Source: a virus
Reading direction: 5' to 3' (one strand)
IMG/VR virus record: IMGVR_UViG_3300045996_002431
Location: 1-64,000 of that record
Length of the DNA stretch: 64,000 bases
The translations under genes and the position numbers were made by a program. Within the stretch, counting starts at the first letter, position 1, and every line of letters starts with the position of its first letter. Under the pieces are notes generated by a model, which had not been told where the DNA came from, made no database searches, and saw only the letters and a list, made by a program, of their open reading frames with translations. Positions 38,111 through 49,800 of the stretch are shown in pieces.

Positions 38111-38807
38111 TTAAACTACGATTGATGATAAATACGTTGCGTACTCTGCCGGTGTAAGACAACCAAGAAAAACATCAGCTACCGTGAATACTTTAATGTA
38201 TCCGTCGGGGCAGACGATAGTGTTTTTCTTATAAAGTTCTGCGTCGTTTGGAGTAAGACAGCCAAGTGAGTTTCCCTCTTGGTCCTTAACTTCCACTAAA
38301 CCCGGAGGGCAGCAGCTACATTCTGAAGTAGAACCGCATCCTGAATTACAGTCTTCGCAATCAGAACATTCTGAACTTGAAGATGTTAGAGCGAGGTATT
38401 TCGCGTATTCTTGTTGATTGGTATAAGCCATTTTTTAAATAAAGTTAGCAGTCGCAATTGCAGTTTTCACAAAGTATTGAAAGTTGTTCCCTTAGTTGGC
38501 AGATCTCGTCAGGACTCAGGCAGTTTGCCTCTTCCGGATCGATTTCAATACATTTTGTTTTGTATAAATTTAATGATTTGCAGTCAAAGTTCAAAATGTC
38601 CGATTCACTGACAATCACCGAGGCTACCTGCACCTTTTTCTTAGGATGAAAATCATAATTTGCAAGCGCACTGTAGAGTTGATACATCGATAAAAGCTTA
38701 AGGTCTTCGGTTTCGTTGTTTTCTCCGAAGTTAAGCTTATCGATCCATCCACTAAGGTAGTCGACAAGGCAGTTTTGATATGTGCATATTAGCTTTTGGC
38801 TGATCAT
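38111..38807 (-). CDS. Two Cys-rich virion-module proteins (38111-38431, 38445-38807)
   Basis: CSDCEDCNSGC...CSCCPPG with duplicated GCLTP; C-terminal CENCNCDC. Confidence 0.7.
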
Positions 38808-39646
38808 TAACCTATGAGCTTAATAAATACTCCAGCGTAATAAGGAGGTAGGTTGTTGTGTGACAATCCGCCGCCCGAGTTGGCCATTGTTATTCCTGTA
38901 GCTTCGCTTGCTACGGTTGCGCCGGTAAAAGCAGATTGGGCAGAAACTCCTGTTGCCGCAGCATCTACCGAAACAGTAGCTGGATTGGTTGGAGGATTTG
39001 TGGTTCCTGTATGGAAGTGATCACCGGCTACCCCTGAACCTGAATAAGCAACAGGACTTGCCGCTGCAAATGAGTCAGGACTTGCTCCGCTGGCCTCAAA
39101 CGAGTTCGGAAGATCAGGTATTGGGTGACTGTGATTACCGGTTGTGTTTGTAGTGAAAGCGTGAGTGTGGTTATCTGTAGAGCTTGATGCGTGAGTGTGG
39201 GTTGGATCTGTTATTCCGTGCGTGTGTCCCGGATCAACGACGTTATGATCGTGACCAGGATCTGTTAATGGGTGCGAGTGAGCCGGGATCTGATTGATGG
39301 AAAGCGTTTCTGACGCTGTTCCGCCGGTGTCACCTGTATTGTAGAGATTCCCTGAACCAACAATAAACCTATCTACAAGGTTTGGGGTAGTAATCGTTAC
39401 TCCCTTAGAGTTGACGTGAGACTGTCCATCACAAACAGCGTATAGCGCGTAGTCGCCTGATCCCTTACCTGTAGCGTAATCAAATAAAGCGATGTCACTT
39501 GCATCCTCAATAAAAAGGATAGGGTGACGGTTGATAAAAGGAGCCAAGAAACTGGTTAAGTTGTCTACAGTTTCCTGTAGTGTGATAACCGAATCTTCAA
39601 CTGAACTTGATGATGCGCTTGTGCAGCCGCAATTATTGTTGCTCAT
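38807..39646 (-). CDS. Tail collar / short fibre with HxH metal-binding repeats
   Basis: CDG...TPNLVDRFIVG...QIPAHSH...HNNLPPYY; seven HxH motifs. Confidence 0.85.
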   Translation of the reverse strand: MSNNNCGCTSASSSSVEDSVITLQETVDNLTSFLAPFINRHPILFIEDASDIALFDYATGKGSGDYALYAVCDGQSHVNSKGVTITTPNLVDRFIVGSGNLYNTGDTGGTASETLSINQIPAHSHPLTDPGHDHNVVDPGHTHGITDPTHTHASSSTDNHTHAFTTNTTGNHSHPIPDLPNSFEASGASPDSFAAASPVAYSGSGVAGDHFHTGTTNPPTNPATVSVDAAATGVSAQSAFTGATVASEATGITMANSGGGLSHNNLPPYYAGVFIKLIG

Positions 39647-40215
39647 TAGTATTTGAATTTATGGAACATCCAGGCATTCAGCGTTGGATTTGTTCCGGTA
39701 GCGATTAATCTTAAGTTTAATTCGGTAGCTGGACCGGCAAGAGGGGTTTCATCAGGGACCATTACGGTAACTGTATTCTTCCCGACTTGTAATTGAGTTT
39801 TCCACGAAGTCCCGGCGCTGAACACGTATGCTCCGCCTGCTTGATCTACAAACGACCAGGTTAATTCACCAGCGGTATCAATATCTATCTCAAGAGTAAT
39901 GATGGCAGAGATGGTCTCGCCGTTTACTCCATGGATTAAAAGGTCGTAGGCTACTGATATGTCTTGCGGAAACTCAAAGAAACTACCATTCTCAACCGTT
40001 ATAGCGGTTGTTCCGGCAGGGCCTTGAGGACCGGCAGGACCTTCAGGGCCAGCAGGACCGGCAGGACCTTCGGCACCAGCAGGGCCAGCGGCTCCGGCAG
40101 GGCCAGCGGGGCCAATTGGTCCTTGAGGACCTTTAGGGCCTTGAGGACCTCTAATACCTTGTCTGTCAATTATTTTGACACACTTACAATTATCTACACC
40201 GCAACTGGTACACAT
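39646..40215 (-). CDS. Collagen-like (Gly-X-Y) protein
   Basis: About 17 consecutive G-X-Y triplets after a Cys-rich N-terminus. Confidence 0.9.
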   Translation of the reverse strand: MCTSCGVDNCKCVKIIDRQGIRGPQGPKGPQGPIGPAGPAGAAGPAGAEGPAGPAGPEGPAGPQGPAGTTAITVENGSFFEFPQDISVAYDLLIHGVNGETISAIITLEIDIDTAGELTWSFVDQAGGAYVFSAGTSWKTQLQVGKNTVTVMVPDETPLAGPATELNLRLIATGTNPTLNAWMFHKFKY

Positions 40216-40229
40216 GCTTTATTGGGAAT

Positions 40230-40784
40230 TTAAAAACAACAATCACACTTACATTGAGCGTATATTGTCTCAATGGATTTTTGGGCTTCTTTGAAACGTC
40301 CGCAATCTCCGGCGATCTTAGTCATTTCCATAGCGGCTGACAAAAGGGCGATCTTTCTTTGATACTCGTCTCCCTGAAGCAGGAGTTTAATGTCTACTTT
40401 GTTTCTCAGTTTTTCAACACAACACTCAGCAAGTCTGCTAAGTAGTTTTTGAGTCTTGGCTGATTTGTACTGTTTTCCGCCGATTTCCAGGATATATTGG
40501 AACGTCCAAACTCCAGGAATAACAACGCCGCCAACCATGAAACTTCTGACCAAGTAACCAACCCCGTCTGTACGCGGCATGTCGCCGGTCATATTGATTT
40601 CGTAAGTGGTTAATCCGTCAGGAGTTGTTGCTAATAACGTAGCTTTGTCAAAATCACCAATAGCTGGATTCTTTATACCAAAACCACCGGTATTCGATGA
40701 AGAGTGTGTGCCGGTGCAGTCATAAGCTATGAATCCTTCCGAATCTTCGGTAATGGAAACTTTTGGCTTAACAGTTTGAGACAT
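40230..40784 (-). CDS. Virion protein (tail hub/adaptor-like)
   Basis: First gene of the fibre block; C-terminal CKCDCCF. Function from position. Confidence 0.55.
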   Translation of the reverse strand: MSQTVKPKVSITEDSEGFIAYDCTGTHSSSNTGGFGIKNPAIGDFDKATLLATTPDGLTTYEINMTGDMPRTDGVGYLVRSFMVGGVVIPGVWTFQYILEIGGKQYKSAKTQKLLSRLAECCVEKLRNKVDIKLLLQGDEYQRKIALLSAAMEMTKIAGDCGRFKEAQKSIETIYAQCKCDCCF

Positions 40785-40823
40785 ATTACAAATTTAAGAA
40801 AATAGGCGAGAAATCAAAATGGA

Positions 40824-43800
40824 CTACTCGTCCACTGTTTCGAGATCCGAGAATAGTTGTTTTTCCACCTTTTTATCAAAATTGGAGATCTTGGACTTAA
40901 TGGTGGATTCAAATTCTGAATCAGTCATCTCGGACAGTCTCTCGAAATTGTTCTCCATGTAATCAAGAAGCATTGAGCCGCGCATCTTATTGGCGTCGTA
41001 TCTTTGTTTGGCGTCCAGGGGAATCGTTTCGATCCTTACTCCGCCATCGTCGTGAATGTTAACCTTTATCTTCCGCTTGTTGTAACCAAATGGCAGATAG
41101 TGTTTGTCTACAAACATTTTGTAATACTCGTCATCTCCTGTTTTCTGATATCCGGCTATACCGAACTTCTCTTTTATTGGACGACCAAGCACGTCTATCT
41201 TGGACTCATTACCGTAGAATTGCTGAGAAACTACGTCTACTATAGGCATGTCTTTAATCACATCGTCCATAAATGACGTAGAGGCTATCCTGTCCTGATC
41301 GAAGAGTGCTTTGATGTCGGTGTTTGTTTGTGTTGCAATGTTTGGTACGAGTAGGGTTTTAGCTATTTGAGCTGATTTTTTACTAACGAATTCGTTAAAT
41401 TTCCCGCCCTTATCTCCACCGCCTTTGATCATTTCATCGTACCCCTCTTCAACTGCCTTTAAAACCTCATTTACACCCTTCATGGAGGCCTGATCGTTAA
41501 CGAGTCCCAGGTAGTTTATAAATACGTTTGAGGTCACGGAGGCTCCCATGTCTTCAGGTATACTTCCGTTATTCTCTATTCTCAGGTCATTAAGTAGTCC
41601 CGGGATAGCGAAGATGGTCATCCATGGTGTGTACTGATATTTAAGAAGTGGAACTCCGCCAACGTACACGGTGTATGGTTGATCGTATCCAGCCTGCTCG
41701 CGAGCCATTGCGTCAGTGTAGCTCTTTCCGTTCTTTCCGGTTATATAGAAGAATGGCTTATCGTCATCATCTCTTAGACCCTCCTGGAGGGCAATAAGAG
41801 CGGCAGTTATCGCGGTATGAGTGATGGCGCTTTGTACGTGGCTCATGTATTGATCTCGTGTCATCTTCTCTCCGCCACCAAATTGGCCACGAACTCCGTA
41901 TCCGCCATGAATTAGCGGGGATGCTATTCTTACCAGGTTCAGGATCGGTGCATTCTGAATAAGGTTATTGGCCACATTCATAGGAACCTTCAAGAACGGA
42001 ATAAACACCCGGGTAGCTGGAACTTTATTTAAGAATCCTTGTATACCCTGGTAAAACCTTCCCATTGTTCCGGTAGGATCGTTCTGAAGAAGGGCCTCTT
42101 TAGACCATTCAATAGCTTCGGACATCACCTCTCCATCTCTTTGGTTTACTATTTGACGATATATCTCTCTTTGGTATTCCGCCTTTATTGTATTCCTTCT
42201 TTTAGCATCCTTGCCCGACAATTCTGCCTGAAGATCGAAATCTTCGCCGTAATAGTTTTTTAGAGACTCTTCTGCTTTCGCAGTAGCCGCATCAATCGAT
42301 TCTTTAGTGTAGCCAAGATCTTTGTTAACCGACTCCATTACTTGATCATGAACTACTTTTTCGCCCATGTCTTGCAGGGCCTTAACTCTTTTGTTGTATA
42401 GGATTTGTTTTGCTTTAGACTCGGTTAATCCAACTGTTCCGAAAGCGTCTTCAGCAGACAACGCCCTTGTTGGCAGGTACGCGTACCTGTATAGTGTTTT
42501 ACCAAGGAAGCTGTCGGATTTTGAAAGTTGCTCAAGGGATGATTGAGCTACCGGCTTCCCGGTGAATGCGTTCGTTCCTGTAAGCATCACTCCCTTTGCT
42601 TCATTTAACATGAAGTTAGCGACATTCTTAGTGTACGAGGCGTAAGCAGCACCCGACTTTAAGCCGCCCTTCTGAAGCATCATCTGAACAGGTTTATTGA
42701 GATATGTTTGAATCGCGTTGAATAAAACAAAGTTTTTCAGATGAGTTTCGTATCCTGAAAGGATCGAGTTATAGTAAATATCCGTGCCGAGCTCCCATGA
42801 TCCGGTAGGTGTGTATTTACGCATCTCATTATACAAGTCTCTCATCGCTTTGTCTTTCATGACTGAATTTTCAGTCTGAGATGCAACCTTTATAGATAAT
42901 TCCCTTATTCTATCCTGAGCAGCGGTGTCAGCTTCCTTGAGTCCGATCGCTTCCATGAAGGCTGGTTTTAGCTTTTCCCCCTCGAAAGTTCCGTTTAAGA
43001 CATCATTTACGATTCTGTCTTCAGCGACCTTATTATTCTTTTTTATTGTAGAGATTAACCCCTTATTTTTAATGGACTTTAATTTGGATCTTACTTGTTT
43101 CCGGGCCTGGTTTTCAAATTCCGAACTAAAGGTGTCAACTATGTGTTGAGCGTACCCGTTGGTTAAACCAAGCTCTGATATTAATCTTTTTTTGATCTTA
43201 TCCTTAGACTCCTGAGATGTGTTGCTGTCGGCGAGAATGGATCTTATTGCGTCGGATTGTTCTTTTACCTTGTCTTTAGCCTGAGATGCGATAAGGGAAT
43301 CAACCTCCCTTGGAGACGCATTCTTATATGCTTCTTTGATGGCCTGTGATACCTTATTGTTAAGGTTTCCCCACGCCTCCTGAAGTTCCTTCCCGTATAC
43401 TTCGACACCGGCGGATTGTAGAGCGGATTGCATTTTCCTTGACCATTGATTATACGTCAAGTATCCCTCATCAATGAAAGTCTCACCAACCTCTTGTATT
43501 GATTTTAGTTTTTCGGCATCAATCGGAGTTGAATTAGGTTCTTCAAACGAGAACTTTTCCCCCGGCTTGTTTTTACCGAACTTCTTTTTTAATTCCTCTA
43601 GTTTTGAGTTTCGCTTTTCGCGAATTGCATTAAGGTCTTTGCTTGATTTGGTGCCAACTGGACCATTGTATTTTGGTTGTGAGTACGCCGAGTTTGCGGC
43701 TTTTGATGAGGCTTTTGATTTAGCATCATCAACTACGCTTTTAGCTTCGGACGCGAATTTATTTATTCTCTGAGATGCTGATTCGCTGGCTGTGCCAAGT

Positions 43801-46800
43801 TTTTTCTCCAGTATTTTGGACTGAACATTCGCTATGGCAGCAACTTGCTTTTCAGCAAATATTTGAGGATTCATCTTATACATGAAGTTGTAGTAAGAGA
43901 TCCTTCTTCCGGATTGTTCTCCGAGACTAGCAATATTGTCTATAATCTCAGCCTGTAGGTTTTTATTCAACTCGGGGTCTATACCCTTCTGCTCTAATGA
44001 ATATGCAGCAGATAAGGCGTTGTCGAGTATGGCAGCTTGAATGTCTCCATCCATCTTGTCTCCATTACTCATGGCGAATTTAACGGCATCGCTAATGTTC
44101 TCGAATGCGTTCACTATTTCGGCACCAAGCCCCCTGGCCTCTTCTTGAGAGTATCTTTTTGAATTGAGGGCTTTGTTGTAATCTCCACCAAACCTTTTAG
44201 TGATAGCGGCAATGAGTGTTCTTGGAGCGTCGTCATTATTGAATACCCTCTCAATAACCGCTCTTACCCTGTCTTCGACCGGAATACGATCGATAGCGAT
44301 AATTTTGTCTTTAGTCTCAACGGAATGTCTAACCATCTTTGATTGACGGTTCTCCTCCTCCTTGATTTGTTGTTCCTGGGTTTTTTGTTCAGTTTTTGAG
44401 CCCTGTTCATTAGTCATGAACTTTTGTTTTTCCTGAACAGGCTTTTTTGCCGACTTCATAATGTCGGCTATCATTTTGTCGGAAAGACCTTTTCGTTTAA
44501 AGTATTTAACGACGTCTTCTTCTGAGGCGCCTTCCTCTAATTTTTTGGCTACTGTTTCTCTGACTTTTCTTCCTGATTCTGACTCGGGGTCAAATTGGAA
44601 TTTTCCTCGTTTTTCATCTCCTGAAGACCTTTCAGATACGCCTCTCCCGCCTTCTTGCTCCACTCCTCCGCTTCCGATAAATTCTTGAAGCCGTTTACTG
44701 TCTCCGATGAGTCCTGCGTAGAGGCTTTCGACTGGGAATTTTGATCCTTTTTCGAGTTCTCCTGATTTGTATTGTCGTTCGATTTCATTTTTAATGTTCT
44801 CCTTCGCCTTTTCGAAGTCTACTTTTATCTTTTTTACGTCTTCTAATGAAATAGGTTTCGGTTCACCCTTCTTAAAATTGTTGTTAAAATAATGGAAGGA
44901 TACGTTTTTATTGTCCTTGAAGTGTTCAGAAAGTTCTATAATAGTCTTAAGGGCCTTCCTATTTATCTCAGTAGCAATATCATAAGGCACTGTTCTGCCG
45001 ACCTTTTTTGCTCTTTCAATAACCCCACCCTCTTTGCTGGTGAATGAATTTACCGGATCACGAAATGTGAACATAATATCAACACGCTTACCGTGATCGA
45101 TGGCTTCTTGGATGTCGGCTACGGCACGAGGGAAGTTTGATAAATTTGTGTCAACCGTGATTTGGTTGTTTAATTTCATGTTCTCGGCAGCGCGAGACTT
45201 CCCTACACCGGATCCACCTGCAGTGAATATAACTGAATTAGTCTTTCCTTCAGGAGCCTCTTTCTGAAGCTCTTCCTTGTACATTTTGCTTACAAATTCC
45301 CTTGCTGGTATCTGAGTTGCATTTGAAAGAAGTTCCGGATTGTTGTTGTACTCGGGAGAAAACACACGCGCACGATCGGTGTCAAAAATGTTTCCATTCT
45401 TTTTGAGATACTCTGTCTTTCTTTCCTCGTAATTCTCTTCCAGGTCTTTTTGCATTTTATCCTGGATGGTTTTTTCCGCCGGAGTAAGAGAGTTTTCGTA
45501 AGACTTCTTTCCTTGAACAACCCAATCAGGTAATAGCCCAATTTTCTGTTCAGCGAAAGGGCGGTTTTTTGCATCAAGATAACCTTCCTCGCCCTTCTTG
45601 ATAATAGCCCCTTCTGAATTCCTCATGTGAGGACCGAAGTTTACGAAAGAGTTTTGGCCACGAGTTTCAGTCGTCATGGCCCTCCTGGCTGATTCTGAGT
45701 ACATTTTCGAATGCACGTTCCATGCATTTTCCTCGCCTATCGGCCCAAATCCATTGCCAAGTTTGCCATGACCGAAAGCGTCGTGAACTCCGCGAAACAC
45801 ATCATTAACAAGCAGTGGCTTGCCATTAATATCCTTGTGACCTGAATCTCTCAATAACGGATTCTCATCGCGCTGAGAGTCTGAAATCTTGTTATTGCCG
45901 AATTCTTTATCAGTGGATAAAACAAAGAGATGTTTATTATCTCTTAGGTCCTTAAGCATCGCTTTGCTGTCAGCGTAAGGCTCGCCTTCGCCTTCGAATA
46001 TTTCAAACTTATACCCAGCTCCTGTTAGTGTTTTGTACTGATCAATGGTTTCTGTGGCCATTGCCTCATAAGCAGCCTTCACCTCGGGATTCTGAGGATC
46101 ATGCTTCATTGCTATAAAAGCATCGGCGATTTTCTTTGAATTCTCATTATCCAGGCCTTTAACCGTCTCGGGAATTGAGTAATCTTTTATTCTTTTTGAA
46201 TTAGCGTAAGATCTTGCAACGTCTGCTATTTCGTTGTCGTGTTGGAATTTAATATCCTTGCGTTTTGCGTTTGGCTTAAAGTTCCTGCTTTCCTCATTAC
46301 TGTATTTTACAACGTTGCCAACCATTTTATTGTATGGTTCGGCTTTTAATGCCTCGGTTGTTTGAGCCCTTAGCGCTTTGGTTTTTCCGATATTCCACTC
46401 GGCAACCGTTACTTTGAATCCTTTTTCCGCAGCAAGCTTGGATATATATCCTACCTGCTTGTTAGGATCAAATGCCTTTCCGGGATGGTCTTTTTCAAAC
46501 ATAGCCTTTGCTTCATCGTAAAGATTAAGCGGGTCTCTGTTTATTGGATAAACCTCTCCTTTCGGAATCCTGACTATGTGGCCGTAATTACTTGGGACGT
46601 TCGACTCCTGTAGATCAGGACGGGTATAGTACATTGAAATATTCACCCCTGGCTGTTCGTCCCTTCCGGTAGCTTGTGTGTTTGATCCGAATTTATTTGG
46701 ATCTATTTTCTTTAATTCTTTTGACGAGTAGTGGTAGAATACATAATTACCCTTGTCGTCTTCAGTCATTTGCTTACGCAGTCCTGATTCCTCTACAAGA

Positions 46801-49800
46801 TCTCTTTTTTCGATCTGCTGCTTCTGATCACCTTGCTTTTCTGAAGTTTTGATCTCTTTATTTTTAGCCAGGTCTTCCGCCGCAAGTTCTACGAATTTGG
46901 TAAACGAAGTGTTCTCGTCGAACTTAAAATCATTCATTCCAAATGCGTTCTTAATAGTATCCCACATGTCCTTCATGGCCTGTGTAAATGCATTTTGATT
47001 AGCCATGTCAGAAAATACGTCTACGCCTTTCTTTCCGAGAGCCTGCACAAACGACTCTTCTGCTATATCATTATCTGATAAATGAGAATAGTTTGGGTTA
47101 GATTTCGCTTCCTTGTAGAAATCTGACTGCCTGGAAAGTTCGAGCATCTTGTCGTATGCTCCTGGGTTTTTTTCAAGAAGAACATCGGTCCATATGTGTC
47201 CGAACTCATGAACCGGGGTGTCCTTTTTAACCTTCGAAGGATTGAGATATATTTTATTGGTTTTCGGATCGTAGAAACCATTTGAATTAATAGCGTTTTC
47301 ATGTTCAGAAGCCTGAGCGGCCTGATTGAACTCTTCCTGATTAAAAGAAACATCTGTCCCTTTAAATACCTTTCCTAATCTATTTTTAACGGCAAGATTC
47401 CAGGCTTCATTACCCGGCTTTAATACCGATGAGGTTTGTTGTTTTTGTTGTTCGTAGTCGTCCTGTTTTTTCAGAGCCTCTACTTCTGCATCCTCAAGAC
47501 CTAAATCAACAGGCTCTTTCACTAGCGCTTTGTCGCGAACAATTTTCATGTTCTTGCCTTTTCCGCCGGAGAAATCTACCATTGAGGTTCCGTTATTCAG
47601 CTTGTATCTGATGATTCCTTTCTTAATGGATCCCTCTTCAACATAAGACACTTCAGAACCATCTTTGAGGTCAGCAATTTCTTTGTCAGTTAGAAATTCA
47701 AACTCGGGGGCCTTCTGCTCTTCGGGCTTATCTTTCTTTTCTGTATTCTCAGGTTTCTTCTCGCCAACTTTTTCTGTTTCCTCTTTAACAGGATCAGCAG
47801 TTTCGAACTCTTGGAACGCCTTAAGCTGCGCGTTTACTTCTGATAACTTAGCTTCGTCTCTGAATTTGAAATTCTCATCAAGCCTTTTTACAGACTCGTC
47901 GAGAGACGCCTTTTCTCTTAGTAAAGGGATGACGCGAGACTTTGATTCGTCTGAGTAACTAGATGGAATTTTATCGTAAAGTTCTTTTGTTCTTTCAAGT
48001 GTGGCTGAAACTCTATTGTACGCTTCGTTTGACAACTTCCCGCCATCTTTCATCTCGGAAAGAATTTTCTGAGACTCGTCGTAATTTTTCAACAACTCAA
48101 GAGTAGCCCCGTCCGTAATGGCTGACGAGCTTGATGATTGGGCTATCGCTGTGGCGGGGGCTGTTAAAGCAACAGAAAGAATGGTGTTTGACAGGAATTC
48201 GCTTTTTGATATCTCCTCATCCATCTTTCTATAAGACGGATCTCTTCTTGCTGAAGAGTTAGCGAGTATATTCACAGCCTTTTCGGCAATTGATTCAAGA
48301 TTCTCCTGACCGGCTTCTTTTAGAGCCTCTTTTGAAGAGGTTCCTATAACACTTACTGCCTCGGAAATAAATTTATTGAATGTTTCTTTTTTAGTTAAAG
48401 ATATCATTCCCTGTGAGGCATATCTTTTCGCCAAATCCTGCAACGATCCTTTGATTGTTGTTGGATTTAATAAAGCCTCGTTTGGAGACAGAGCGGCCAT
48501 TATTGATGTAGCTGCGCTTGCTGCTAATCCATACGCAGAAGCTTCTTTATCTGACATCCCATGAGCAACAGCATCTTTCTTGTAATCATCATACGTAAAT
48601 ATGAATTGAGAGGATACAGCAGCGGCCTCGTCTGCGTATTTTCCCAGCTTCGCTGTTTCGCCTAATTGACGAAGGCGACCAACCGGAGCCAGCATGATAG
48701 CCATGTCGGTTCCGACTTTTGCAAGATTTGGACCAAGGCGATACATTCTCATGTTGCCGTTTTCATCAAAAAGATCAGTCTCGGAAACCGTGGCCTTTAC
48801 AGTCGATTCAGTGAAACTGTTCAATTTGTCAATGATTCTGTCGTTTACAGAGTATCCTGAATTGGCAACATCGCCAATGTCTTTAAGTGTTTCAAGTAGT
48901 CCGGCTCCGTTATCAACAACGGTATTCCAAACGTTTGACAACGACTCTCTACCCTGATACAGCTTTGCTCTGCCGAATGTTCCCGACTTTATGTCTTCCG
49001 GGGTTACATCTTTGAAGTCTCCGGCGATAAGTTCTTCTTGTCTCTTGATGTCGGCTTGATCCTTCATCTTTTTGAGAACAGAAGGATTGTCTTTGATTAT
49101 TTTAGCCTGAGCTCTTAAAACTTCGTCGTACTGTTTTTCAATATCGGAATAGGAGTCCAAAGCGTCTTTGTACTTAGGATCCGCGTCGAGTTTTTCTTTC
49201 TGTTGAGATAGGGAATCCCATTTACTTTTAAGTTCTGTTTTCTTCTCGTCCGATAGTGCGTTCGGATCACCATATGATTCAATCTCGCTGGCAAGTTGGT
49301 TCATTTGACCAACTACTTTACTGTATTCTTTTATTCTGTATTCGTGGCCCCTGGCTTTAGCTACTTCGGCATCATTCTTCGCCATACTAGCATTGAAGTT
49401 AAGAGCCTCCTGAAATTCGTTATGTCTTTCTTTATCAGAAAGATCAAAACCATAATTCATCAACTTCTCGTACTTTTCATTGAATTTCTCAGGATTATTA
49501 TCTTTCAGGTGCAGTAAATACTTTCCGTAAGCAGCCCCTTCAGGACCGTATGCTTTGCCGCCAGCTAATCTCGCTGTTGCGTTAGATACAACCTGGATGT
49601 CCGACTTCATTATGTCGGGATCTTTTGAAGAAAGTTTTTCACGAGATGTTTGCTCGTGCTGTTTTTCTTGCCAAGAATCTATTTTATCCTTAAACGCCTT
49701 CGATGCCCGGTATTGACCACCAAGCATATTAGTTGTTTCGGATGGCATTGATGAGTTTGTCTTGTCAATGGTGTAATCCATCCTCGACATATCGGAAGCC

